From NCBI GenBank assembly GCA_012026655.1, contig JAAILG010002404.1, positions 1 through 54,888 on the forward strand: 54,888 nucleotides of DNA, read 5' to 3'. The translations under genes and the position numbers were made by a program. The stretch comes from Hydrolagus affinis. Taxonomy: Eukaryota. The notes under the pieces were generated by a model. The model was not told where the DNA came from. It saw only the letters and a program-made list of their open reading frames with translations, and ran no database searches. This document shows positions 1 to 14,400 of the stretch, in pieces. Every line of letters begins with the position of its first letter. Within the stretch, counting starts at the first letter, position 1.

Positions 1-3000
1 GGGTTAATGATGCTAGCATGACAATGGACCGGGTGTCCCCAGTTTTGTATAGGAGAAAAAATATCTTGCACAGATCTGTCAAAGTACTCTCCTTCACCCC
101 AGAACATATAAGTGTTTGGCTGTTTAATGAAAATGAGATTTACTGGCAGAATTGTCCCTCTAATCAATTGTTTTTCACGTACAGGTTGCATGTAAAGAAT
201 GGGGGAAAAAACAGTGATCACAGAACGTTTGATTAATAGTATTACTTTTTTAAAGAATCAAACCAAATCAATAAAATCCAGAAAAATGAATTAACATTTA
301 CAAAATTAGAGCTAAAAAAAAGGCTGCAGGGGGGAAAGATGAACAGTAAATTGCATTCGAAGTGCAAGCAATTAAAATTGATAGATCGGTTACATCCCTA
401 GACTTTCAAATTAGGCTAAAGAACACAATTTATTGCTGCCAAGTGGTTCCAAAAAATAAATTGGTCAACAGCCAGGTGCTTAAATGAACTCTTTGCAGAT
501 TGGAGGTTAAGCTTCTCTTTTATAACTTGGACTTACGCCACGCACCCCCTCACACAGGTACTTAAAGGTGAGTGACTTTGAGTGAATGTGTGACAAGGTG
601 ACTGAAAGAATCTTAGCTCAGCCAGAATATGTTGCCATATCAGGCAATTGTGCCGCTATCTGTTCAGTTCTGCACCAGAGAAACTAATATAAGAGCAGGT
701 CAACAACTAACATCTAAACTATAAGGTATTTCTTTTTTAAAAAAAGGTTCAGGTTTTAAATTTCAGTGGGTTCACCCAGCCCTCGACCCTTTCAACCCCA
801 ATAAAATGAACGCCATGGTAAATGTCACACATTCTCCGTGGGTGAGTGCACTGAACTCCAAGCCGTTCTTCCCGCCTGACGGGCTGACTGTGTGGTTTTA
901 CACACAGTCAGGGACAATCTGGAGGCCATGAGCAATCTTATGCGCCATAAGATTATGTCGTCAGTGCTGCATTCTTGCTTATACTGTAGAGCGGTTGTGT
1001 GGAAGCCCATGCTATTGTAGAGCCATTTGTAGTTAAAGCAGCTTTGGAATTTAAATGCCACATTACCTTTAGACCAAGCTTTGGAAATAAAGAGTCATTA
1101 GTATAATGTTGGTTTGCGAATACCCATTCATTTCCTATCATCAATGTTTGAGACGCTAGATTAGAATGGTCTCTTCAAAGGTGAGTGAAGTAAGTGTCAG
1201 TTAGTCTTTTCTCAAAGAAAAGGTTGTCGAATTAGTTGTATCGGCATAAGAAACAACTTCACTAAAGCAAAGGTGCACAGTGCGAGTCTACTCTCACAAT
1301 GTCACAGTTTAGGCCACATTGTTTGATTGTCAGTCTTGTGGGAGAAAATTAAGTGTCCCCAGGCCCTGCAGACCAGAACCTCAGCACACAACACAGCAGG
1401 ACTCTCAGCGAGCTGCAGGTCCACACTTTGCTCTATTTATTCACTAAACCATCAGGGCTCTTCCCCATGTACACAACAACAACAACAAATTTCAATTCAG
1501 AGCAGAGGAAAAATGTTCTCAAAAAATGGCACATGGGCTACTTGACCTCAATTATGTATAGGAAACAAAAATTGTTTTATTCAGTGAAAAAAAAACTCCA
1601 ATTGTACTAAAGTGGTATTCTAGCTTTGGGAAATATTTGAATCCAGGTCTCAAGAGTCTTAAAATACGGTACATCAAATTGTAATAGGCAATTTTCTCCT
1701 TGAATGACATTACCAAGTTGATGGAGGGCCACGCAGCATTAAAAACTAGCTGAGATTAATGCTGCATTAATGCCCAATTTTTGCTCAGTATTATTCCAAA
1801 TAAACATTAGAAGCACAAATGAGAACAAAATATTTTCCACATTAAGACCAGCTGAATTCAAGCTCATATTAACTGGCCGCCAGAGAATCCAATAGAGAAT
1901 TTAGCTACATGTCATACATGTCATGTCCTCTGTTTCCAGTAAAGTCAACTAACTCCCAGTTACAACTGTAACTCTTATTTATGAGTGTACAACATAAAAT
2001 TGACAAAATGCACTAAAATTTTGAAATGTAGAAATCTCTCAGGATAGCACATTACCAGCATAATATGTAAAGCCTTCTAAGTATTATACAGCAGCTTCAA
2101 GAATTAGACAGGTGGCAATAGTGGTTAAGATTGGAAATAAATATCTAACACAAACATTGTTGAGGACATTAATACTAAAATACAGAATATAAGTTAACTC
2201 TTGTAACTTGAATATTTGTACTGCAGGAATAGACAGAAAATGTCACCATTTGCAGCATTTTTGCTCTAGCAATAAACACTTAAATCTATCTGTTTACTGT
2301 CAGTAACTCTCATAAATCCAGTGAATACCCTTAAGTGGAAAAATAGTCCTTTTTTGCTATTGCCCGATCAGGTGATTTTATGATAGATTACTGCCCCTTG
2401 AGGGAGCTAGCAGAACACAAGCAATCATTTTGATCTTTAACGTTAAATCCTTAACAGGGGTGGTCACATTAGAAACCAGCTTTCAATGTAATCTTCTATT
2501 GTATTCAGCAAAATGTAATGTCAACAGATAATACTGGCTCAATGATAAAGATTAGTCTCAAAATGATGAGGCACATGTTTTCACTAATAGTGACAACAAA
2601 TAGATTTCCCTTTAAAGCTTCTACATATTACAAACCAAAATACCTAGGTTATAATTCCTAAACTATCATTGCAGAATGAACAGAATAATGCCTTCTCCCA
2701 TTGGCTTACGGCATCAATACGCATGAACCACTTCTGTAAATCTCGATATAAGATAAAGTTGCCCCACATTGCAGTCAACATCAGTGCAGCATCCACATCG
2801 AAAGTCCTTTGTTTAAATCAGTTATATTATACTCCAGATAGTACCTAAAGGCCTGAAGAGCAATTCACCAGATAACATCAGTAAGATAACAGACAGCGTT
2901 ATTGTACGAGAAAAGACCTCAGAACTCATAAGCAGCCAAAGTAGTTAGATAGATCTTCACCAGAAGTGAAATAAATCCCACTCTCACTAGTGAACATTGG

Positions 3001-3035
3001 ATCAAAATCACACATTTTCCTAATATATATTCAGC

Positions 3036-3087
3036 TTTATTTTAAAACACAAAAAAAACACTGACTGCGATTTTAAGCAGATTTATT
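3036..3087 (-). terminator. Candidate NCKIPSD polyadenylation signals (two AATAAA)
   Basis: TTTATT on the plus strand at 3036 and 3082, ~1.1 kb past the stop. Further candidates lie near 1576 and 429, so the true 3' end is unresolved. Confidence 0.3.
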
Positions 3088-4197
3088 CTTGGCTAGGTGA
3101 TATTTACTATGCTTATCTGTATATTTATCGGTGCAAAATTGGCTATTCCCATTATTCTCCTGTATAGTTTTAATTGTCGAATGACATCTCATGGTTTGGA
3201 TTTGACCATGTGGCAAAATGTTACAAACCCACAGTATTAATGGTCTGAGTGACTGAACTGACTATGTGCTGCTCTTATTTGTTTTATCTAAGGAGGTTAA
3301 CTGTATTCCCTGATGTCAATGTATTATAAATATAAAATGGGTATCTAATTTCCTTGTATCATGACTGCAAAAGTTACTGCAGGCCCTACATGTAACACAC
3401 TGGAGGAGTGAGGTCATCACAATTGTTCTTTTCATGTCACCTGGGGACTATCATGGTGGACATTAGCAGCTAATCACAGGCTCCACAACTAAGGCAGATT
3501 AAGCATTCACAGAAAAAACCCTAGCAACCATTCATTCTATAAAATAGGCACGTTGAAGGGAGTTACCTCTGTAACACAATGTTGGGAGTTCAGATGAAAT
3601 TCATTTGCTTCATTCCAATACTTTCATTCCACCTCAACCCCCTTCGACCAACTTACACTCCAACCTACTCGTTCTGATTAATACTTTAACTGGTCAGTGG
3701 CTGACAAGTGAGAGCAGGTGAACAGCAGTTTGCAAGCCTGTCTGTCTGTCACCAGCATGGAACCAATCTGCTTCTTTATAGGAGCAAATTGATGTTGTAC
3801 ATTGTTATGTTATTAAGCACTCCTCCGGGCCTGCTGTGCCTGTTTAGCATTTAGTTAGTTGCAAGACAACATTTCTACTGGAGCTATTTACATTCCACAC
3901 ATACTTTAAATGTGTGAAAATCCTGTCTGAACTATATTGACAAGTGTTGCAACAGATGTAATCGTGGGCATTTCTACATTGCCCTGAAACTGCAGTACAA
4001 ACACCACTTAAATAGATGAGATACAAGTGTTACAAGTCATTGGGACAGCTTTCGTTCGCTTGTAAAAGGCCTCAGGTTGTATCAGACCTTAAAAATGCCT
4101 TCAAATAGGAGTGAGTGTTACCAAATCGGATAAACTTTGAAGTACTGTATATGTATATTGCAAACGTTAAACCCACATTCCCTATTCAGTCGGCTCC

Positions 4198-4389
4198 CTA
4201 TTGGATATCAGGAAACTCTTTGTAAATCTCATTGATGATCAGCTTGTCCATCTTGCAGGACTGATCATCCTCCTCTTCACACAGGATTCGCTGGAATGTG
4301 GCCTGCAAGTCAGGCAGCCGATGCTGGTGACATATGTAATCTGTTGAGCGCACGATTGCATGCATCAGTGAGAGGTACTCCATTCTAAT
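4198..4389 (-). CDS. NCKIPSD: NCKIPSD exon 13 (last coding exon, TAG stop)
   Basis: [40 protein letters not shown]...EFPDIQ*; acceptor tttctgcag|. The 13 exons sum to 2250 nt = 749 aa + stop. Confidence 0.95.
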   Translation of the reverse strand: MRMEYLSLMHAIVRSTDYICHQHRLPDLQATFQRILCEEEDDQSCKMDKLIINEIYKEFPDIQ

Positions 4390-5260
4390 CTGCAGAAACA
4401 GGAAATTGGGAAATGAGTGTTCACTGGTGTGGAATAATAAATTCTTAATTCTAGGTGGAATTTCACCTGATTGTCACTGCTATATACAGTTAATTATCAA
4501 CACTCCAACTCACCACTGCCTGTTAAAATAACAGAAGACTGCACCACAGCATTAAGCTCCTCAGTGCTTACCTCTTGTGCAAACAATATGTAATTTAGAA
4601 TATATAGCAGCTAACAAGAGCCACTGACACCAGCCACTGCAGTCACCTTTGGGATTAGATTTGGCTGGTCCAGAACGCTGCTTATTGTACCTTCCGATAA
4701 CAATCTCAACAAAATAGAACGAGTTCGCATTTGAAATGGAATAACAGCCTTTCTATATACATTTGGAGATAGAAATCAAGTGTACGTTTAGAAGGTTAAC
4801 ACCTTAACATGGTGATATTTTCTATGCAATTTTAATGGTTCAGTTAAACTGCTAATGTGCGAGCAGCACAATAGGAAACGAAAGTGAAGGCACTTTAGGT
4901 TGGCTGGGGGAATATCACTGCCAATTTAATAAAAGGGGAAAAAAAAGAGCCTAATTGATCATGCTAAGTGCAGTAACAATTTGACTTCACTCGTGAGAAA
5001 GATTCATAGGTCTCACTCAGAGTACAAAATCAATATTACACTTAGCACTTTTCATTATAGTCAATACATTTCTGGATAAAGTGTAATTCTGTCTATTGCT
5101 GACCATGTTCATTAAGCCAGAGAATGGGGCCTGCCTGAGTTAAAATCAAAGGTAACAAAGATACTTCATATCCCAAATCATCTGACATCAAGGAACCATA
5201 CTGCAATATGGGGACGTTACATTCTATCTTTCCATTTAAAATCAGTTCCGAGTCCCTATG

Positions 5261-5495
5261 TGGAGCTCCTGTAGCTCAGTGGTTAGAGCACTTGCCTTAC
5301 AAGTGTGAGACATGTGTTCGAATCCAGGCAGATCATGACGAAACCTTGAGCAAGTTTCCTTACTCCACAAGTTTCCTTACTCCCCTCCCCCTGGCTCAGC
5401 CCCAGGATCCATTATATTCCGTGAAGTGCTTTGAGTTGTTGATAAGATGTGAAAAGCGCTATATCAAATGGAAAGATTCTTGTTGTTATTATTAT
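5261..5495 (+). mobile_element. tRNA-derived SINE (internally deleted)
   Basis: A box TAGCTCAGTGG and B box GTTCGAATCC; L2-like tail GTGAAAAGCGCTATATCAAATG...TTATTA. Confidence 0.88.
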
Positions 5496-6639
5496 CTCCA
5501 GTGTCACGCTTACCTGATCGGAAGTTCTATGAGTCAAACACCAATCTTTTTTTGTTTATTGTGGGGTGCTGTTTCTGGGAACTGAAGTACAGGATTGAGC
5601 AGATTCTAGTCTGGTTTATTCACATGGGAGTATTATTTACCATGGTTTGGTGCCTGGTTGAGATCTGCCTGCAGAGTGCTTCTCCATTGAGAAGACCTGA
5701 TTGCTGCTCACTCAGATTAAAGGCTGACTTTACAAGAAATTGGTGATTATTTGTTACTGATGATCATCACAAAAATCACTGAGAGAAAAGCTCAGATGTG
5801 TCTACAATATGCTGTAGAACCCGGTTATACAGTGAAAAAGAGCCTTCTTCGTCCAAACCAATCTGGTGATCTTTTGAATGGTCGGAAAAGATGTGCAGAA
5901 CAAACAACACTATCTCTCTGCAAACGTGATGACTTGCCTATAGCTATGAACAGGAGTTTAGCACTGTAACTGAAGACCATTGATTGTTACAATGAGGAAA
6001 ACACACAGGGATCACAAGCATATGGATCTTATTTTGATCGGTATAAATCAATGGCAATAATTACACATGAAGACGTTTGTCTCTCTAGACAAATGTGTGC
6101 AGAGGACAGAAATAGGCACTATTCATTCTTAGAACGTTTTTCAGTATTTTGGTATTTCAGTATTTAGGACTCGTTTGAAAGGAGCTTTAATAGCAATGAT
6201 ATTCAAGAGAATGGCTATTGCAGAGTGCCAATCGAGCTGTGTGGGCTATGAGTGCAAATCATCCCCAGTTCCATCAACTTGGTTCCTGAATTATGAACGG
6301 GCAGGCAGTCTGACCTGACTGCAGTCAGCAATGTTCAGTGTAAACAGCAATAAAATAATCAGATGTAAACCGCTATAAAAAGACTTGACTCCTGCAAGAT
6401 CAATCGGACAATATTTGCTAAATTCTCATCAGCATCTAAACTACCAACCGCCTGACACTGGGAGACTCTCCCAATCAATCACCAATACAATGCTCTAGAA
6501 TTTCACCACCCAATCAGTTTCATGTGTTCCTGTCGTGGACCTCACAATGTTCTTCTACTTACCCTCTCTGCCACAGATTCCAGTTTCCCTGACAGAGCTA
6601 AGGGGAATGTTACAAATAAGGGTCACAGGCACATTCAAC

Positions 6640-6900
6640 AATATCACATGCTCTACCGGGTCTGGCCTCCTCTTTGACCCCCCAAATCCTCCGTTCCACC
6701 ATTGGCAGCCGTGCCTTCAGCCACTGTGCCCCGAGGCTGTGGAACTTTCTTTCTCACTCCCTTCGCCTTGCCCCCTCTCTTCCTACTTTCAGGTCATGGC
6801 TGAAGACTTTTCTTTTCAATCGCGCTTTTGGTAACCTTCTTCCTCCTCCCACTGGCTTGGCCCTGGAATACGTTATTGGGAAGCGCTCTGAGACGCTATT
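6640..6900 (+). mobile_element. L2 LINE 3' fragment
   Basis: STIGSRAFSHCAPRLWNFL...FRSWLKTFLFNRAF. Confidence 0.85.
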
Positions 6901-7706
6901 ACCTGCTCCTTTTCAGTCTTCAGACCATGTCATGTTATGGATATAAGGTGCAAGTGTGCCGGTTAAAATCTACTACTCCCAAAAAAAAGTTTAAAGGTTA
7001 TTAGGCATCAGAAAATACCCCAAAATGAGATAGGAGTGGCGGTATAATGTATTGTCATTATCATTGGAAATTGACGTCAACTTTAAGATTTTTCCCCTCA
7101 AAAATTCATCTCTCTCAAAGAGAAGATTTGCAGGTTTGGTAATCCAATTCCAATTGGTAGCTATTTCTTTTTAAGTTTCGTTCACGGAATCAGTTTTATT
7201 TAGGTTAAAAAATGATGGAAATCCTGTTCCTCAATTTCAGGTCTACAGCATAAGCAATAGGATGATTTACAATGCGTACTTCAAGTCATCTATCTACAGA
7301 ACTGATGGGATCTTAGCTGTTGCGAAAATATTCTTAGCATGTTTTCTTTTGACGATGTTCTTGAAAAATATTCTGAGGGACAAAGTATTAAATTCATTGG
7401 GTTAATGAATTCAAATGTTATTTCTTTTAAGAATAAATAACATCATTATAATAGCCTGCCAAGTTTCTAATTCTCCATTGCAAAGAAAACCATTTTCGTG
7501 CCATTTCAATTTTATTAAGGCAGCTATTATTGCAAAAACAAATTACATTCATATGGCACCTTTCACGTCGGAAGTTATTAAGGTAGTCCATACCACTAGG
7601 ATCGCAAATTGTAATCCTAATGCTGTTAACTATCTAGATGCAGCAAACATTGTAGATTATTTAGATCTATCTTTTCTTCCTCAACCTCCTCCTTCCCTGA
7701 CATTAT

Positions 7707-7843
7707 TTGCACAATTGGCTGCCGTGTTTCACCTACAAAATACACAGTCAATCCACTTTACAGTGTGCAGTATTTGGTGGGCCGCTTTGAGACGTCTCAA
7801 CGATGTGATTTGGGGCTACATCTAATGTAAGGATTGCTATTAT
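7707..7843 (+). mobile_element. 3' half of the same SINE family
   Basis: CAATTGGCTGCCGTGTTTCACC...ACAGTCAATCCACTTTACAG...GGATTGCTATTAT, matching the other copies. Confidence 0.8.
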
Positions 7844-8759
7844 AAAGCAGAAAAATTAATCCATACTAAGAACTTTCTTCATCTCGCTGAGTAAAAATAT
7901 CTCCAACTCCTTCTCCCAGATGCCACCCATTGCTTGTTTTGTGATGTTACAAGGTCATCTTATTCTGATTCTTTTATCAGGTGAACTACCACAACACTAA
8001 CATCAACACTCCAGAACAGTCTTTACCGCAGACAGATTTACCAGCTATGGGTAGAAATTGTACAGAGGAATCAGGAATTTGTTTTGTAGAAAATGTTTTG
8101 CAGTATAAAAGGGAACGCAACCGAAAATGGTTCCAAATTTTCTTAAAACATTATGCAATCTATAACTTTTGCAACCTTAACAGTTCAACAGGTTCACATA
8201 TGAATCCTGCACAGAAATGAAGCACAGCGAGACAAGTCTCAATGAGTTAAAAGCCCTGAGATGTTTCTGTAATCTTTTACGCTGCAGATTTTGCTGAAAC
8301 TACAGCTTCTACTGCCAGAAATGCACAAACCGCTGATCCTGACCATAATTACAATTCAGGTCTATTGATGTATCAATTGATCATCTCAACCTAAAGGGTT
8401 CGGAATTCCTTTTGCATCCTAATTTTTGTACTTGCTGGACAGTGGGAGGACTATATAAAGCTAACTAAAACCTGAAAGGAACAATGGATCAATCAGGATC
8501 TGATAAGAGAAAAATTGGGTTAATATTTTGGATAATGATCCTTCATCAGGATTGAAAGGCAGGATGAGAGAGGCCCATATATGGATGGAGAAGGGCAAGT
8601 CAAGGGAAAAGGCATTTGGAAGAAATTAGTAAATGATTACCTGCATAGCTTGATTAAGAAATATGGGGGAGAATGGAGGCTGGAAACGGAGGGTACCATC
8701 TAGGAGGCCAGCCAATAGGAAACAAATAGATGAGTGTTTTGCAACTGGGGTGAGGTTGT

Positions 8760-9200
8760 GATGAAGGCGGATTATGTTGGCAGTGATGGAAGAAAGTGGA
8801 TTTGATTAGAGCCTGAATGGAACGCTTACTGGAGACTTAAGGGTGGATCAAAATCCTAATGTTCCGCACAGGCTCCATAAATTGTAAGTGGTGAACCGGG
8901 CAGATGAACACAGGCATTGCCTAAAATGAGAAGGTGCTGGTCATGGCTATGCTGGGCAGTCTCAGCTTTGTGGTTGCTTAGTTAAGGCTCATTGAGGTTA
9001 TGATAATTGAGAGGTAATTCTCAGCACACCTTTAGTCCTGTAGTTTGGGAAGGAAGCGGAAAGGTGAAGTTGGGTGTCACCCACTTGTATATGGAAGTGG
9101 ACCCCATTTCTGCAGATCATATAATTAAGTGGGGTGGGGGGGGGCGAGGGTAGTAGGTAGACAAGGCAAAGGAGAGTACTGAGGATAGCGATCTGGGAAA
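8760..9200 (-). mobile_element. Decayed L2 reverse-transcriptase fragment
   Basis: ICRNGVHFHIQVGDTQLHLS is a degenerate form of HxYADDTQLYLS. Confidence 0.7.
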
Positions 9201-9250
9201 TTCTACACATGCCCACGTGAAAGAAACAGCCTCATCAAACAAGTCCTCAC

Positions 9251-9423
9251 CTTTTCTCCTGGCGAAAGGTCAGAAATTTGACGCACAATAATGTCTATCA
9301 TCACCATCATGTCGGTGCGATAGAAAATGTTGCCGGTGCTCTTGTCAGCAAACACATCCTGCAGGAACTTTAGTACCGAGTGCGGTGGCTGAGGTTGATG
9401 TTTGAAGATACAAACTGGGTCAT
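9251..9423 (-). CDS. NCKIPSD: NCKIPSD exon 12 (SPIN90/Ldb17 leucine-rich domain)
   Basis: [25 protein letters not shown]...[26 protein letters not shown]; accccag| ... AAG|GTGAGG; 173 nt, phase 1->0. Confidence 0.95.
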
Positions 9424-9665
9424 CTGGGGTTGGTGGGGGGGGGCGGGGGAGAGAAACAAAGTCACAAAGGTTAATGTCAATTGAATGGAATGTGTACATT
9501 AATTAATGGTAATAGGTAATGATTAGTACCTATTCTGGATTGCAAAGATGCTCGCACGTAATATACCCATGCCCCGAGGCTCAGAGAGCATATTTCACAC
9601 CTGATAATTTGAAAGTAGATTAAAATAAAGGGGGCTGCTATGTTCAACTCCTGTTTTAAACTCAC

Positions 9666-9758
9666 CCGCTCGGTTTAGTAGCAGCAGTAATTTCTCTGTG
9701 ATTACTTTTACATTTTCCCGTTTTGCCAGGGTTGTCATGATGATGTTATTAGATGGCA
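9666..9758 (-). CDS. NCKIPSD: NCKIPSD exon 11
   Basis: (V)PSNNIIMTTLAKRENVKVITEKLLLLLNRA; ttccgtag| ... G|GTGAGT; 93 nt. Confidence 0.93.
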
Positions 9759-10204
9759 CTACGGAAGAACAAATTATTTCATTAACCACAGGGTTAGAGA
9801 CCAAGGGAAAGTCTAATCACTTTCATACCAATCTTCTGATTTCAAATAAAACAGAGTATAGGTCTTTGACAGTTCAGTTGAGATTAACTCAAATCCCAAA
9901 TAAATTCAAACTATGAATCTGAAATTTGAAACAAATTCTCAGTGAGTAACTGCACGATTTCTACATACAAACAAGAACAGTACTGGATAATAATCTCGCA
10001 CATTCTGGTTTGCAGAATAGTATAATTAAAACAATTATTTATTTTGAAAACGGAAACTCTTGCAAACTTTTCCATTTTAAATTGAGAGAAACAAAATGTG
10101 TCAGGCGATTGATTCCCTGCCCGATGTTTATTCCTTTTTTGTTCCCCCACCAGGGAGGGTAAGTGAGCAAGTCTAAAACAAGGGTGCTTAGAACCAGATA
10201 TACA

Positions 10205-10507
10205 GTAATAGTAACAGTCCCTCCATTTGATAGCGCTTTTCATATCTTCTAGACCTTTCAAAGCGCTTCACAGAATATACTGTAAAGTGAATTGGCTGTA
10301 TATATGTGGGCAAAACACGGTAGCCAATTGTGCACAGCAGCGTCCCACAAACAGTCGTGGATTGAAATGATCAATTTATTATTTTTTTGAGGGACTATTA
10401 TTAGGTGCGTGGAGTAAGGAAACTTGCCCAAGGTTTCGCTTTGCCTGGAATTGAACCCAGGTCTCTCGCTTGTAAGGCGAGTTCTCTAACCACTGAGCTA
10501 ACTGGAT
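10205..10507 (-). mobile_element. tRNA-derived SINE, near full length
   Basis: Reverse complement of the copies at 18527 and 21395, with A/B boxes and tail. Confidence 0.9.
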
Positions 10508-12259
10508 AAACTGAACAGGCCTTTGTGCTGTGAATGCTGCATTGCGCATGTGTGGTGGAGACTGGAAGAATCGATACCAATTTAAAGTAACCCATTACCA
10601 TTTCATCTTAACACCATTCAGTTTACCCATCCCTTAGTTTGGGCTGAAGAACCTTTTTCATCCAAACCTTTTCACACCTGATTGATTGGAAGCCAATTTT
10701 TTTAAAAAGAGAGTTTTTATTTAACAATCAAGACCGAATTTTGCTTAGCAATCTCTAAAATATAAAAGTCGTTGAAGGATTATTTAGGAATGAACTGGCA
10801 GAACAAAAATCTCTGTAAAAAAAACTGTAGAGACAGCTGGTGTCAGTAACCAGAAATAGCTGTGCCAAATTTGAGTTGTCTTTATTTTTAAAACGAAAGT
10901 GAAAGAGGTCAGTTGACCTCAGCAGGAGGTCCTGGCATATTCGTAAGAAATAGTATTTTTATTGAAAAAAAAGAAGTGTCGACAGTTGGTAATCTTTGGC
11001 TCCTTAGTGTGAATGATGGGTGACATTTTGCTATGTACAATGGATGAATAAATAAAGCAAGTAATAGAATTGACTTTTTTGCTGCAGATCTACTGAGAAA
11101 GACCCCAAAGGGTTAAGCAGACTAGGATCTGATCGGTAGTGGCCTATTCAATATTTGGTGCAGTGGAGCCGGAACCAAAAAGATACCTGTAAAAACAGGG
11201 GGGAAAAAAAATGCTGATCCCTGCTACATTTAATAATAAAAGCCATATTAGGTTACAGGCTGAAAAGAAAATAATGGACATCAATGCTAACCCATTTATA
11301 TTCCATATTTATGAAATACAACCTTTTATAAGCCACACATTTTCAGGTAGCTAAGGTTACCTCGGCGTTCCACATTGATTTAAAATTTTTTTGTTATTTA
11401 AATTGATGTCATCTCTGCTTCTTAGAAGCGAACGGCAGTAAATTTGAAACGGTTAGGAATTTACCAGCATTTAAAAAGAGAATACTGGTGTCCCTGCAAT
11501 ATGCTGAATATTTGCCATCAGCGTCTAATGTACTGCATTCCGGTCACGGCTTTTAGTCTTTATTGGAGCCATCGATAATGTTGTGATTCTGCAGCTGTAT
11601 TCTCCAGCTGTATTCAGAAGCATGTCATGTGATGACTTGGGATCTGTTGTTGCTTTGGTGTAGGCTGGATACTGCTGCATATAGCGTTCCAAACAGAAAT
11701 CAAATGTTATCAATTGTTTTGTTAAAAATGGAAGGATTGGAGTGATTTGTTTTTGAACATCGCACGCACTAGCGTAAAGCTGCTGATATTCAAATGTGCA
11801 CAGGCTCTTTCTTCCACGTGTAAGTTGTGTGTACCTCTCAGCAATGATTGAGAGCATTTCATAAAAAGAACATTTTCTATTACACATCTCAAATTGAGAA
11901 TCCTCAAAATGTTAATGATGAAAATAAGTTGTCAACAAGGCAGTGTGAATTCTACATCCCAACACCTCTCTGCAAAAAAATCTCCAGCAAAGCGCTTTAA
12001 GACAACTCGACAAGATCTTTATATAAAGCATTCTATTAAATGCAAGGATTATTATTCTTTTATTATACTGTATATCGATAGGCATTAGCATGTGTACTCT
12101 TCCTTTTTTTTTACAAGATACACAGTCACTACATTTTACAGTAAATCCAGTGGCACTTTGAGAAGCCACTGATCTGAAAGGCACTATGTTACATGCAAGG
12201 ATTATTATCCCAATTACTGTATACAGAAACACTTCTCCCAGAATATCTCAGGTACGCAC

Positions 12260-12388
12260 CAAGTATGTGGAGATTGAAGGACAGCATCACATTCACAAAC
12301 AAATCTGGTAGCTGGTCAGTAGAATCTGACAAAAGCCCATCTTCAACCACATCAAGAAGGAATTGCACAAATTCTGCGTTCAAATGCT
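12260..12388 (-). CDS. NCKIPSD: NCKIPSD exon 10
   Basis: (E)HLNAEFVQFLLDVVEDGLLSDSTDQLPDLFVNVMLSFNLHIL; ttcacag| ... G|GTGCGT; 129 nt. Confidence 0.93.
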
Positions 12389-13944
12389 CTGTGAACACAA
12401 ACAAGAAATTAAGCCTCCATCAGTCTTATTGTACAAAGCAATGATAGGCAGGACTACAGTTTATTGAAAAGGATTGCAACGCAGAATGGATAAGACACTC
12501 CTGTTAAAACACAGTTCAAACATAGGATTTAAATGGTCAAATGCTAATTTATCTAATTGCAAGTGTCCTCTGCACTTTCCAGAGTAGACAAATCGTTTCT
12601 CACTGATTAAATCTCTTCACAAACGATAATTTTGTTCTCTTGCAATAGTTTTTTCTGAAACTTCAATATTTACTTGAAATTCCAAATAGTTAAAATGAAC
12701 AATTGGATATTATTCATTGCTGTAAAAGACAGTATGTCTACCGGACTTTCCATTCTGCAAAGCAACAATCACATAAATTAATTACAATCATGGGTTTTAT
12801 AGAACTGAGGACAATAAGATAAAAAAACATGAACGCAGTACATCCAGAATTGGCTTCTCATTTATCTGACTATATACATGATAAATTGTTGTTCTAAGAA
12901 TCACTGAGTACAGTAGTACAATTAATTATTTATTCACTTATACTTTCTGAAAACAGATTCTCATTATACTGTTAAAACTAAAGTGTATATCTATGCATTT
13001 CATAGTCTCAGTTAAATCAATACAAATATACACTTTCTTCTCAATAATCCTTATATAATGATTTTCTTTTCAATGAACAATTGTTATTGCAATTGTTCAA
13101 GATTATGTTAGGTTACTGCGCACATTTTTGATTCACACGTGTGATGTTTTTGCAGTCAGACAAGAATCGGATCTGTGTAAAAATCTATTGTCATGCCAGC
13201 ACTTGCCTGCTGCTGAGAAGTTTCAGAAGTAGTGGTAGGTTTCCCATTCATTGCTTGTCCAGTTGGAAGACAACCAGAAAGAAGCCTGCCTACATAACTA
13301 TCCCACCAAGGTCCTTTAATGATCCAGGTAGACCGGTGATCAAGTATGGCCCTTTGAAGTACAGTGGATGTGTTTAGGCAGGTTTTGGATGACCGAATCC
13401 ACCACAAAGCTGATTCAGCTATCTGTCCCTCTTCACTAAGCACATCACTACGGTGCCTCCCTCACTCTCCAGGGTCAAAATTTATTATGAACTGATAAAG
13501 ACTAAGAATTAAGGCTTATGAGAATTTCATTTTGTGAAGATCTAATCTTTTCAGCTCAGTTTTATCTTGAACCAAAGATTGCTGGGGGTGGGAAAACTAA
13601 GCACTTAATGAATGAAGTGTGAACGGTGCTACTTGAATGATGTTAGGTATTTCCTGCGAGTGCCAAAACAATTACAGTGCCAGCTGTAAATGTATTACAA
13701 AAAGGTGATTTGGGACGGACTCAGTTTTAGCAAAGCTTACGGTATCAGCCATTGACATTCTTTGACTTTAATGAAATGCTGATGGGAATGGAAGAGTTAT
13801 TAAAATAAGACAATTGATTAGAAGTAATGAGAATATTTTAATCCAATCTCTGTTTTGAAGATTAAGTGTGTGTTTTATTTGGGAAAATGTAAATGTAGCG
13901 TAATCGTTGGGAGAGTTTTCTGCTCTTTGCTGTTTTGTGCCTAC

Positions 13945-14025
13945 CGTAGTGATGATATGGCAATGGCTCCCCCATAGAAAATATCATTGTTAGGAGTAGT
14001 GCTGAGTAGCAAAGCTTTTGATGTT
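13945..14025 (-). CDS. NCKIPSD: NCKIPSD exon 9
   Basis: Manual translation: (E)[26 protein letters not shown]; ccttcag| ... G|GTAGGC; 81 nt, phase 1->1. Confidence 0.93.
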
Positions 14026-14114
14026 CTGAAGGAGGACAAAAAACAATTAATCGCTTGTCAGTTAAGTTAAATCATCACGCATTAACTCAGCTTTGGTGTC
14101 ATTAGGTGATACTA

Positions 14115-14400
14115 ACAAACAACAACAAACAACAAATTTACATTTATATAGCACCTTTCAGATCGGGAGGACGTCCCGAGGTGCTGAACAGTCCAGGATT
14201 TTTACCTGATCTGAGGGTGGGAGCTGATGGTGGAGTGGCAGAGTGGCATGGTGGCGGGGGCGAAAAGATGACGAAAGAAACAGTCACACAGGAAGATGTT
14301 GAGGTGGATGTTGAGTGAGGAGAGCGAGGCGGTTGGTCGTAGGGATACCGGGATTCCAGGAGTTCCAGAGAGTCGGGGCAGAATAGTGGGGGACTTGAAG
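14115..14400 (-). mobile_element. L2 LINE 3' fragment
   Basis: SAPTLWNS motif, L2 tail and (TTG)-rich end. Confidence 0.8.

Noticed and set aside
1-4197. Short ORFs at the window start as a neighbouring gene
   Set aside because: No recognisable protein motifs or exon chain; consistent with NCKIPSD 3' UTR and intergenic DNA.
5261-5330. tRNA-like sequences with A and B boxes (also at 10440-10505, 18527, 21395, 24890-24950)
   Set aside because: They are SINE heads continuing into a shared body and L2-type tail, not tRNA genes.
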